Source: an uncultured Rickettsiales bacterium (GTDB lineage: Bacteria; Pseudomonadota; Alphaproteobacteria; Rickettsiales; SXRF01). From it: 40,774 nt of DNA. Position numbers and translations under genes: made by a program. The notes under the pieces are model-generated. The model was given only the letters and a program-made list of their open reading frames with translations, was not told where the DNA came from and made no database searches. This document shows, piece by piece, positions 32,334 through 40,041 of the stretch (its first letter is position 1; each line of letters opens with the position of its first letter). Location: assembly GCA_964620765.1 (NCBI GenBank), contig CAZUKF010000002.1, forward strand, positions 1-40,774, written 5' to 3'.

Positions 32334-32425
32334 AATAATTTAAAATTAATCCATTAGTACTAATGCTATATTGATAGAAATATACTATATCAGTATTAAC
32401 TTATCCTAATCTTCTTAAAACATTC

Positions 32426-32441
32426 GATCAAAATTTTGATC
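32426..32441. promoter_or_regulatory. Perfect 16-bp palindrome GATCAAAATTTTGATC in the AT-rich divergent control region of the T2SS locus (candidate operator)
   Basis: Read directly from the sequence; the motif is its own reverse complement. It lies 93 bp upstream of the gspE start, within the ~330-bp AT-rich gap 32334-32663. Confidence 0.3.
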
Positions 32442-32663
32442 CAATTTTCTCAAAGAGATAGTGGGTTGATATTGGTAGATCATTTACAAAATACATTATT
32501 ACTCAAATGTTTATAAAATTATTTTTTTACGAAATTAACCAAATGTTAGGTGGCAGAGGCGCAAAATCTGGCTTATGACGCACAAGTTAACGCTGTTTTA
32601 CGCCCAAATATTCAAAGCTGGACAATAACACTTTAGTAATTAACAGGATGGCTTCTTATAAAT

Positions 32664-32951
32664 ATGCGCCATACATATCAATCATCCCGCCGTGCACTAC
32701 TTTCGCTCGCAGCCTGCTCTGCCCTTAGCCTCGCTCTCACCGTGCAGGCAGCGCAAGCGGCTACTTTTTATGTATCGCCCTCCGGCAACGATACTAATAA
32801 CGGCGCCGAAGCCACGCCGTGTAACACCGTAACCCACCAAACCCGGGTCCCATGTATAAATTTCATTATTAAGACGCCGATTTGTAATAAAATATTAATA
32901 TATATTAACTACTATGGCGCATCCCCCCAGGAACTGCCAGAATACATTTGA
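32664..32951 (+). pseudogene. Truncated N-terminal remnant of a third beta-helix exoprotein paralogue
   Basis: The first ~55 codons, MRHTYQSSRRALLSLAACSALSLALTVQAAQAATFYVSPSGNDTNNGAEATP, parallel the N-terminus of the 34908 gene (..CSALALLVALPAGAQAATYYVSPTGSNSAAGSSAAPW). Around 32840 the reading frame enters AT-rich, non-homologous sequence and stops. Confidence 0.5.
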
Positions 32952-32965
32952 AAAGGAGACAGACC

Positions 32966-34894
32966 ATGCGCATTTCTCAATCCGATCTGCTGATCGCCCT
33001 GCTGCTTTCATCGCTCCTGATTGCCGCTACCGCAAACGCAGCCCCCTGCGAGCCCGGCACCAGCGATACCTATGACGTGGGCCCTGGCAAGCCCTACGCC
33101 AATATCGGCGATGTGCCGCTCAACACGTTCGGCCCCGGCGATACCATGCGCATCTTTTACCGCGCCACGCCGTATAACCAGAAAATCACCCTTGTAAACA
33201 GCGGCGCAGCGGGCAACCCTATCCGCATCTGCGGCGTGGCTGACCCGGCCACCGGCAAGCTGCCCGTGATTGACGCCAAGGACGCAACCTCTCCCGCCAC
33301 CCAGAATTATCCCAGCTATACTCCCCTGCAGGACGCAGGTTTAATCTTGCTTGCCAATAACTGGGGCGGAAGCAGCCGGTATATCGAAATCGCAAACCTG
33401 AAACTCATCAATGCGAACCGGCAATACCAGTTCACCGACAGCACTGGTGCAAGGCGTAATTATGGCGGCAATACGATTGGCGGATATCGTACCGCCTACG
33501 TTACCATCGACAATATCGACGTTGAAAACAGCAATCAGCCGGTGTTCGTCAAATCCTTTGGCGGCGAGCCCAGTGGCAGCGGCACCGCTAGGGATATCAA
33601 GGTGCTCAACAGCCGGTTTAATAACAACAGCAGCCCCGGCAGCTACCTGGAACACGTTATGTATATTGAGTCGGTCGGGCTGGAAGTGGCTTACAATTAT
33701 ATCAACGACCACAACGGCAACCTCGTAAAAAGCCGCTCCAGCGATGAATATATCCATGATAACACCCTGATCGGCGGCGCGCGCGCCATTGACCTGGTCG
33801 GGCCGCAGGACGGCAGTGACGCCATTCCTACCGGTGGTATTTCACGCGTATACAACAACCTGATATTCCCGAAAACGAACGGCAATATCGTCCATTACGG
33901 CGATGACCAGGGCGACGGGTATTCCAATTACCGCCGCGGCACGGTGGAGATTTATAACAACACCGTCATCACTCAGCGCGATAACGACAGGGACCATGAT
34001 GCCGTCGATATCGCGCGGGTGGATGCGAATCCGCCGCAGCAGGGAACCGCAAAAATCTGCGGTAATATTTTCTATTCCGCACCCCTTACTACGGGCGCCA
34101 AACCCATCAACTATGCCTTTGCAGGCGTGGATTGGGTAAATGAGACGGTGCGCGGCAATTTCATACTCGGCCGAAATCTGCTGACTAATGTGCCCGAGGC
34201 TTTTGTCGGCTGGTACGCAACCACCGGCGGATGGCAGGTGGCCAATCCGCGCTTTCCGTTTGTCGGCACCGCTACCGGTGCGAATAATATCCAGACCATG
34301 AACGCCGGGGTCAATCCGGGCTTCGTGAATATCGCGGGCAATGATTTCCATCTTGTTCCCGGCGCGCTGGCTACCGGCCTTGGCGCATACGTACCCGTGG
34401 GCGCTAATCCTTGCGGCGATACCGGCGGCAGCACATCTTCCGGCGGCTCCACCAGTAGCACCAGCAGCAGCGGTGGCACGACTTCCTCCGGCGGCAGCAC
34501 CAGTAGCAGCACGGGTTCGTCTTCCAGCGGCAGCACCAGCAGCTCCAGCTCAAGCACCAGCAGCAGCTCAAGCTCCTCGGGCGGTACTTCCAGCACCAGC
34601 AGCTCCGGCGGCACACCTGCCTGCACGGTAACGCTCACGCCGCAGAACGCTTCCATCAAGCGCGGCCGCACACTCTCCATGACCGCCACCTCCAGCAACT
34701 GCCAGATTGACAAGGCGGTGTTCAACTGGGGTGACAACCGTAGCACCACGGCCAACCCCAAGAAGCTGGTGAACTCCATCGCCAAGAACCACGCCTGGAC
34801 ACGCACAGGCAGCTACACCGTGACTGTTACCGTCACCACCGGCGCGCCGGTCCAGACCAAGACCGCAACTTCAACCGTTACGGTAACACCGTAA
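32966..34894 (+). CDS. Secreted right-handed parallel beta-helix protein with a Ser/Gly/Thr-rich linker and a C-terminal PKD-like domain
   Basis: The ATG at 32966 is preceded by AAGGAG. Signal peptide LLIALLLSSLLIAATANA. Repetitive beta-helix coils: IEIANLKLINAN, VTIDNIDVENSN, IKVLNSRFNNNS, VAYNYINDHNGN, IHDNTLIGG, VYNNLIF, IYNNTVI. The Ser-rich linker spans ~34425-34612. The PKD-like module includes FNWGDN...HAWTRTGSYTVTVTV. Confidence 0.85.
   Translation: MRISQSDLLIALLLSSLLIAATANAAPCEPGTSDTYDVGPGKPYANIGDVPLNTFGPGDTMRIFYRATPYNQKITLVNSGAAGNPIRICGVADPATGKLPVIDAKDATSPATQNYPSYTPLQDAGLILLANNWGGSSRYIEIANLKLINANRQYQFTDSTGARRNYGGNTIGGYRTAYVTIDNIDVENSNQPVFVKSFGGEPSGSGTARDIKVLNSRFNNNSSPGSYLEHVMYIESVGLEVAYNYINDHNGNLVKSRSSDEYIHDNTLIGGARAIDLVGPQDGSDAIPTGGISRVYNNLIFPKTNGNIVHYGDDQGDGYSNYRRGTVEIYNNTVITQRDNDRDHDAVDIARVDANPPQQGTAKICGNIFYSAPLTTGAKPINYAFAGVDWVNETVRGNFILGRNLLTNVPEAFVGWYATTGGWQVANPRFPFVGTATGANNIQTMNAGVNPGFVNIAGNDFHLVPGALATGLGAYVPVGANPCGDTGGSTSSGGSTSSTSSSGGTTSSGGSTSSSTGSSSSGSTSSSSSSTSSSSSSSGGTSSTSSSGGTPACTVTLTPQNASIKRGRTLSMTATSSNCQIDKAVFNWGDNRSTTANPKKLVNSIAKNHAWTRTGSYTVTVTVTTGAPVQTKTATSTVTVTP
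34616..34891 (+). repeat. 276-bp module (copy 1) encoding the shared PKD-like C-terminal domain
   Basis: Aligns without gaps to 37062-37337 and differs at only a small minority of positions by eye. Protein PACTVTLTPQNASIKRGRTLSMTATSSNCQIDKAVFNWGDNRSTTANPKKLVNSIAKNHAWTRTGSYTVTVTVTTGAPVQTKTATSTVTVTP. Confidence 0.85.
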
Positions 34895-34907
34895 TAGAGG
34901 ATTGTTT

Positions 34908-37340
34908 ATGCACACTTCACATCTCCTGAAAGCCACCTGCTCCGCGCTTGCTCTGCTGGTTGCACTCCCCGCCGGCGCACAAGCCGCCACCTATTACGTG
35001 TCGCCCACCGGCTCCAATTCCGCCGCGGGCAGCTCGGCCGCACCCTGGCAGACGCTGCAAAAAGCGGTGGACACCGTCGTTGCGGGCGACACGGTCATCG
35101 TCCGGGCCGGTAATTACGCGGGCTTCAATATGACGCGCGACGGCACGGCTGCCGCCCGCATCACACTCTCTGGTGAGCCCGGCGCCACCGTTAACTCGCG
35201 CGGTCCTGCCCCGCTTTCCGGCGCCATGAATCTTGAGGGTGCAAGCTATGTGACTATCGAAGGCTTTAATGTCACGCATTCCACCTATGGCGCCACACAG
35301 GCCAATATACGCTCCGTTGGCAACACCGGCGTCATCATCCGCAATAACGTCATCGACAACGCCAGCTGGTGGGGCATTCTCACCGGCTTCAGCGCCAACG
35401 TTCTGATCGAAAACAACACCATCACCAATACGCAGATTCAGCATGGCATTTATGTCGGCAATTCTTCCGATAATCCCATTATCCGCAATAATACGGTAAA
35501 AAACAGCCATAACGCCGGCATACAGATCAATTCCGATGCCGAAACCATGTGCGACGGCGGCCTGGATCCGAATGATCCGGATTGCGACGGCGTCATCCGC
35601 AACGCGCTGGTGGAAGGCAATATCCTCATTAACAACGCCATCGCAGGCGGCGCTACCCTTAACATGGACGGCGTCAATGATTCGATGTTCCGCAACAATA
35701 TCGTCTACGGTATCCGCAACGGCATCGCCCTGCACCAGACCGACGGCGCCTTGCCGCCGCGCAACAACAACATGGTCGGCAATACTATTGTCTTTAATGC
35801 CAATGACGGCTACTACGCCATCCAGATCGGCGGCGGCGACGGGGGAGGCGCAACCGGCAACAAGATCTTCAACAATATTCTGTACCGCAACGGCTCAGGC
35901 TACCGCGGCAGCATCGCCATCGATTCTGCCTCCCGCGCTTCGGGTTTTCAGAGTGATTACAACATTGTGGTCGACAAGTTCAATCTGGATCCCGTGGATG
36001 AAAGCCAACCGGTGACGCTTGCCCAATGGCGCTCGCAGACCGGACAGGATACACATTCTATCATCTCCAATCCCTCACAGCTTTTCGTCAACGGCGCGCC
36101 GAGCTTCACATCGTATGATTTCCATCTGAAAGCGGGCTCCCCGGCTATCGATATGGGTATCAACCTAACCACACTTCCTGCCGATATCGAGGGCAAAGTA
36201 CGCCCCGCCGGTTCCACCACGGATGCCGGTGCCTATGAATTCAACGGCACCAGCGGCAGCAGCACGAGTTCCTCCAGCAGCACCAGCAGCAGTACAAGCT
36301 CGTCTTCCGGCGGCAGCACCAGCTCTACGAGCAGCACGTCCGGCTCCAGCAGCGGCGGCAGCACCAGCTCCGGTTTTGCGGGTCTCGTCGCAGCCTACGG
36401 CTTCAACGAAACCTCCGGCACCACCGCCGCAGACAGCTCCGGCCGCAACCACCCCGGCACTGTCGCTGGCGGAACCTGGAGCACGGCCGGTAAAAACGGC
36501 GGCGCCCTCTCCTGCGACGGCAACGACATGGTCACCGTCGCTGACCATGCAGACCTTGACCTCACTAATGCTATGACAATCGAGGCATGGGTGAAGCCCA
36601 GCGCTGCAACCACCGACTGGACCACGGTGGTACTGAAAGAGAAACCGGGCGGTGAATCCTACGCTCTCTATGCAAGCGATGGAGCGGGAAAACCGCCGAT
36701 CTTTTACATCAACAATGGCACTGACATAGGAGCCATCGGCTCTGCTAATCTGCCGCTGAACACGTGGACACATCTTGCCGCCATTTATAACGGCAGTGTG
36801 ATCTATCTCTACGTCAACGGCCAATCGGCGGGGGACATCGGCGCCACAGGCGGCGCCTTCGTCTCCGGCAACCCTTTACGCATCTGCGGTAACACCGTGT
36901 GGGGCGAATACTTTAAGGGCCTGGTCGACGATGTGCGCATCTACAACAAGGTGCTCACGCAAGCCGAGATCACCACCGACATGAACACCGGCGTCGGCGG
37001 CGGCAGCTCGAGCAGCTCCTCTTCTTCGGGCGGCAGCAGTACCTCCTCTTCCGGCGGCTCGCCAGCCTGCACGGTGGCGCTCACGCCGCAGAACGCTTCC
37101 ATCAAGCGTGGCCGTACACTCAGCATGACCGCCGCCTCCAGCAACTGCCAGATCGACAAGGCCGTCTTCAACTGGGGCGACGGCCGCACCACCACGGCCA
37201 ATCCCAAGCTGCTGGTGAATACCATCGCCAAGAACCACGCCTGGACACGCACCGGCAGCTACACAGTAACCGTCACTGTCACCACCGGCGCGCCCGTCCA
37301 GACCAAGACCGCAACATCAACCGTTACGGTCAAGCCGTAA
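34908..37340 (+). CDS. Secreted parallel beta-helix protein with a LamG (concanavalin-like lectin) domain and a C-terminal PKD-like domain
   Basis: Signal peptide ALALLVALPAGAQA. The entry motif ATYYVSPTGSNS..G....PWQTLQKAV and PbH1-type coils: VIIRNNVIDNASWWGI, VLIENNTITNT, PIIRNNTVKNSHNAGIQI, LVEGNILINN, MFRNNIVYG. The LamG signature spans ~36380-36985: TIEAWVKPSA...WTHLAAIYNGSVIYLYVNGQ...FKGLVDDVRIYNKVLTQAEI. Two Ser-rich linkers. Confidence 0.88.
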   Translation: MHTSHLLKATCSALALLVALPAGAQAATYYVSPTGSNSAAGSSAAPWQTLQKAVDTVVAGDTVIVRAGNYAGFNMTRDGTAAARITLSGEPGATVNSRGPAPLSGAMNLEGASYVTIEGFNVTHSTYGATQANIRSVGNTGVIIRNNVIDNASWWGILTGFSANVLIENNTITNTQIQHGIYVGNSSDNPIIRNNTVKNSHNAGIQINSDAETMCDGGLDPNDPDCDGVIRNALVEGNILINNAIAGGATLNMDGVNDSMFRNNIVYGIRNGIALHQTDGALPPRNNNMVGNTIVFNANDGYYAIQIGGGDGGGATGNKIFNNILYRNGSGYRGSIAIDSASRASGFQSDYNIVVDKFNLDPVDESQPVTLAQWRSQTGQDTHSIISNPSQLFVNGAPSFTSYDFHLKAGSPAIDMGINLTTLPADIEGKVRPAGSTTDAGAYEFNGTSGSSTSSSSSTSSSTSSSSGGSTSSTSSTSGSSSGGSTSSGFAGLVAAYGFNETSGTTAADSSGRNHPGTVAGGTWSTAGKNGGALSCDGNDMVTVADHADLDLTNAMTIEAWVKPSAATTDWTTVVLKEKPGGESYALYASDGAGKPPIFYINNGTDIGAIGSANLPLNTWTHLAAIYNGSVIYLYVNGQSAGDIGATGGAFVSGNPLRICGNTVWGEYFKGLVDDVRIYNKVLTQAEITTDMNTGVGGGSSSSSSSSGGSSTSSSGGSPACTVALTPQNASIKRGRTLSMTAASSNCQIDKAVFNWGDGRTTTANPKLLVNTIAKNHAWTRTGSYTVTVTVTTGAPVQTKTATSTVTVKP
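37062..37337 (+). repeat. 276-bp module (copy 2) encoding the shared PKD-like C-terminal domain
   Basis: Protein PACTVALTPQNASIKRGRTLSMTAASSNCQIDKAVFNWGDGRTTTANPKLLVNTIAKNHAWTRTGSYTVTVTVTTGAPVQTKTATSTVTVKP. It has the same length and the same terminal position as copy 1. Confidence 0.85.
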
Positions 37341-37350
37341 CCCGCCGAAC

Positions 37351-37391
37351 CCCGGCGCCGCTGCCCCCCCGTAAGCGGCGCCGGGTTTTTT
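37351..37391 (+). terminator. Rho-independent terminator after the second beta-helix gene
   Basis: 12-bp GC stem cccggcgccgct / agcggcgccggg (37351-37362 and 37374-37385), followed by six T. Confidence 0.8.
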
Positions 37392-37444
37392 CTTGCTGCT
37401 ACCCACGCGCGCGGATATATATTTAGCAGTTAGCTATGTAAGCT

Positions 37445-39469
37445 GTGGGGCCTTTGAAACAAGCGCTGCTATCATTGACTATTATTGCCGCGGCCCTCTG
37501 GGCAGGGTTTTCCTACCCTGCGATTTCGCAAAACGCCGAGCCCGCTCCACCGCCTGAAACGCCCGTCAAACCCGCGGTGAAAGCGGAATCGCGGGATCAC
37601 TGGACCCTCAATTTCACCGATACGGAACTCACCTCCTTCATCCAGAATGTCTCGCAGATAACGGGCGAGAATTACATCATCCCGCCTAACTTGAGCGGCA
37701 AGGTGAACATCCTTTCGCAGCAGCCGCTGACCAAGGGGCAGATCCATGACGTGCTCTTACGCGTCCTGCGCTCCTATAACTACACCGCCGTGCGTTCGGG
37801 CAATACCGTGGTCATCCAGCCGCTTGCCGAGTCCCGCCGCGCCGCCACGCAGCTGGATCGCGACGGCAAGATAGACGGCGAAACCTTCATCACCCGCGTC
37901 ATGCCGGTGCGCTACACCAGCCTACCGGAGCTGCAGAGCGCACTCACGCCGCTGGTGTCCGAATACGGCACGCTGACAGGCCTGCCCGACGCCAACGCCG
38001 TCCTGATTGCAGACAAGGCAGACAACGTACAGCGCATGATCTCCATCATCGAGATTTTCGACGCGCCGGAAGAAAACGGCATGGACGTGGTACAGCTGAA
38101 GCAGAACTGGGTCGGCAGCGTCATGCCGCTGCTGGAAAAGCTGGCCCCGCGTGAACTGCTGGCAGCTGGGCGGCCCGGCCATTCGCCGCTTCGCATTGTG
38201 GCGGATGAACGCAGCAACCTCATCTACCTGCGCGGCGCGCCGGAGGCGCGGGCGCAGATCAGGCTGCTGATCGCGAGGCTGGACCAGCCGGTAAGCTCTA
38301 CCGGTGCGGCACAGGTCATCCACCTGCAGCACGCCGACGCGCAGGAAATGGCCACCCTGCTGAAGGATTATGTGGCAGGCAATGCCGCGACACCCGGACC
38401 GGACGGCAAGCCCGCGCCCGGCATCTACATCAAGGCAGACCCGGCGGTGAACGCGCTCATTGTCCGTGCACCGCCGGTGATGGTGGAGGAAATCCGCCGC
38501 ATCCTGGACCAGCTGGACATCCGCCGCACGCAGGTGTTGATCGAGGCCGCGATCGTGGAAATTACCGATGATCTCCGCGAGGAACTGGGCATCCAGTTCG
38601 GCGCGGGCGACGCCTCCACCACCGCGGGCCTTGCCGCCACCTCGCTCACCACGGCAGACATCAACCTCACCACCGTTCTCACCGGGCTTGGCTCCGCCAA
38701 CACCGGCATGCTGAGCGAAGGCTTCACCGCCGCGCTGGGCGGACGCGGCGGCTTCACCGCGCTGATCAAGGCGCTCTCTACCAACTCGCGCGCCAATTTG
38801 CTCTCCACCCCCAGCATCACCACGGTGGACAACCAGGAAGCGCGCATCCTCGTGGGCCAGAACGTGCCGTTCCGCACCGGCTCCTACACCACCGATGCCT
38901 CCGGTGCCACCAACCCCTTCACCACCATCGAACGCAAGGACATCGGCATCACGCTGAAAGTCACGCCGCAGATCAACGCCGGCCAACAGATCACGCTAAA
39001 AGTGGAGCAGGAAGTTTCCTCCATCCAGGAAGATACCGTCACCGCCGTGGCCACCGCGGCGGCAGACCTGATCACCAACAAGCGTACCATCGCCACCACC
39101 ATCCTCGCCGACAACCAGGAAACCGTAGTGCTTGGCGGCCTAATCCGCGATGACAAGACCACCTCGCAAAGCAAAGTGCCCGTGCTGGGCGACATCCCCG
39201 TGCTGGGCCGCCTGTTCCAGAGCGAGAAGGAAATCTCGGTGAAGCGCAATTTGCTGGTTTTCCTGCGCCCCACCGTGCTCACCAGCAAGGAAGATGTGCA
39301 AACCACCAACATGAAGAAATTCCGCGGCATCTGGGAGCTGCGCTTTGGCGAAGGCGAGGCGCCCCCGCTGGCGGCAGACAATCTCGAGGCCAGCTTCGAG
39401 ACGCTCTACAACCCGGCCTCCGGCAAGAGCTACAACCCGCCGCCCCCGCCCCTGCCCTGGACGAAATAA
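37445..39469 (+). CDS. gspD: Type II secretion outer-membrane secretin D
   Basis: Signal peptide, N0-N3 type domains (for example NFTDTELTSFIQNVSQITGENYII), and a secretin core with VPVLGDIPVLGRLF and ...LLVFLRPTVL. GTG start. Confidence 0.95.
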   Translation: MGPLKQALLSLTIIAAALWAGFSYPAISQNAEPAPPPETPVKPAVKAESRDHWTLNFTDTELTSFIQNVSQITGENYIIPPNLSGKVNILSQQPLTKGQIHDVLLRVLRSYNYTAVRSGNTVVIQPLAESRRAATQLDRDGKIDGETFITRVMPVRYTSLPELQSALTPLVSEYGTLTGLPDANAVLIADKADNVQRMISIIEIFDAPEENGMDVVQLKQNWVGSVMPLLEKLAPRELLAAGRPGHSPLRIVADERSNLIYLRGAPEARAQIRLLIARLDQPVSSTGAAQVIHLQHADAQEMATLLKDYVAGNAATPGPDGKPAPGIYIKADPAVNALIVRAPPVMVEEIRRILDQLDIRRTQVLIEAAIVEITDDLREELGIQFGAGDASTTAGLAATSLTTADINLTTVLTGLGSANTGMLSEGFTAALGGRGGFTALIKALSTNSRANLLSTPSITTVDNQEARILVGQNVPFRTGSYTTDASGATNPFTTIERKDIGITLKVTPQINAGQQITLKVEQEVSSIQEDTVTAVATAAADLITNKRTIATTILADNQETVVLGGLIRDDKTTSQSKVPVLGDIPVLGRLFQSEKEISVKRNLLVFLRPTVLTSKEDVQTTNMKKFRGIWELRFGEGEAPPLAADNLEASFETLYNPASGKSYNPPPPPLPWTK

Positions 39470-39473
39470 TCTT

Positions 39474-39532
39474 GTCATCCTGAACGAAGTGAAGGATCTA
39501 CTTAGTAGATTCTTCGCTACGCTCAGAATGAC
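39474..39532. repeat. 59-bp imperfect palindromic element (GTCATCCTGAACG...CTCAGAATGAC) between convergent gspD and gspC
   Basis: Left arm gtcatcctgaacgaagtgaaggatct (39474-39499); right arm agattcttcgctacgctcagaatgac (39507-39532). It shares the 11-mer TCGCTACGCTC and the GTCAT/ATGAC ends with the element at 17764-17866. Confidence 0.7.
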
Positions 39533-39534
39533 AG

Positions 39535-40041
39535 TTATTCGGTCGGCTTCTTCCGCAACCACAACACGTGCGGCTGGCCACCCATGCTGACGCGCACGCG
39601 GTCGGGGAAAATTTCCAGTATCTCGCTGCCGTCGCTTAAGCGCTCGCCCTCGTGGTAGAGCTTGCCCTGCCCGTTCTCATCGGCAATCAGCGCCGCCGAC
39701 TCGCCGCGCGCATCCGCGTTGTGAAAAATCCCCTGCAGCTTCGAAACACCCGCCGAGGGCGAAGCCTCGCCGCCGCCCGCCTGCGGGGCGGAGAACAGCG
39801 CCGCGTCGCGAATCAGCGCCAGATCCGGCCAGGCCTGCTCGGTCGCGGCAATCTCCGCCGCCGATTCCGCCTCGCGCTGCCCGCCCAAATCCAGTAATTG
39901 CCGCGTATAAAGCCCCAGCAGCAGCGCCGCCACCAGCACCGCCGCCGCCACATCCCCCTTCAGCCCGTACCGCTTGAAAACCATTTTTTCCACCCCATAT
40001 ATGGTTTTATCCCAACCAATCATAGTAACTCCCATGATCAC
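39535..40041 (-). CDS. gspC: Short GspC-like protein (TM anchor plus HR/secretin-interaction domain, no PDZ)
   Basis: TM segment AAAVLVAALLLGLY, then LQGIFHNADARGESAALIADENGQGKLYHEGERLSDGSEILEIFPDRVRVSMGGQPHVLWL, which fits the GspC HR-domain pattern (L.Gi....s.AiI.......Y..Ge.l.....i..I....V.l...G....L). The likely true start is the ATG at 39984 (MVFKRYGLKG...), which avoids overlap with the pirin start. Confidence 0.6.
   Translation of the reverse strand: MIMGVTMIGWDKTIYGVEKMVFKRYGLKGDVAAAVLVAALLLGLYTRQLLDLGGQREAESAAEIAATEQAWPDLALIRDAALFSAPQAGGGEASPSAGVSKLQGIFHNADARGESAALIADENGQGKLYHEGERLSDGSEILEIFPDRVRVSMGGQPHVLWLRKKPTE

Noticed and set aside
32520-32663. Possible c-di-GMP (GEMM-type) riboswitch upstream of the exoprotein genes, considered because a GGDEF gene and a T2SS are present
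   Set aside because: The sequence (…ggcagaggcgcaaaatctggcttatgacgcacaagttaacgc…) lacks the paired P1/P2 stems with the GNRA tetraloop-receptor arrangement I expect. Only isolated GCAAA-like strings are present. A covariance-model search would be needed to revive the idea.
34404-34616. Possible simple-sequence array or CRISPR-like periodicity in the AGC/GGC-rich stretches (34425-34612, 36247-36370, 36995-37060)
   Set aside because: The periodicity is codon-level (Ser/Gly/Thr linkers) inside clear ORFs. There are no spacer-repeat units of CRISPR size and no cas genes in the window.
37922-38986. 354-aa ORF on the - strand
   Set aside because: It lies antisense to gspD, which has unmistakable secretin motifs.
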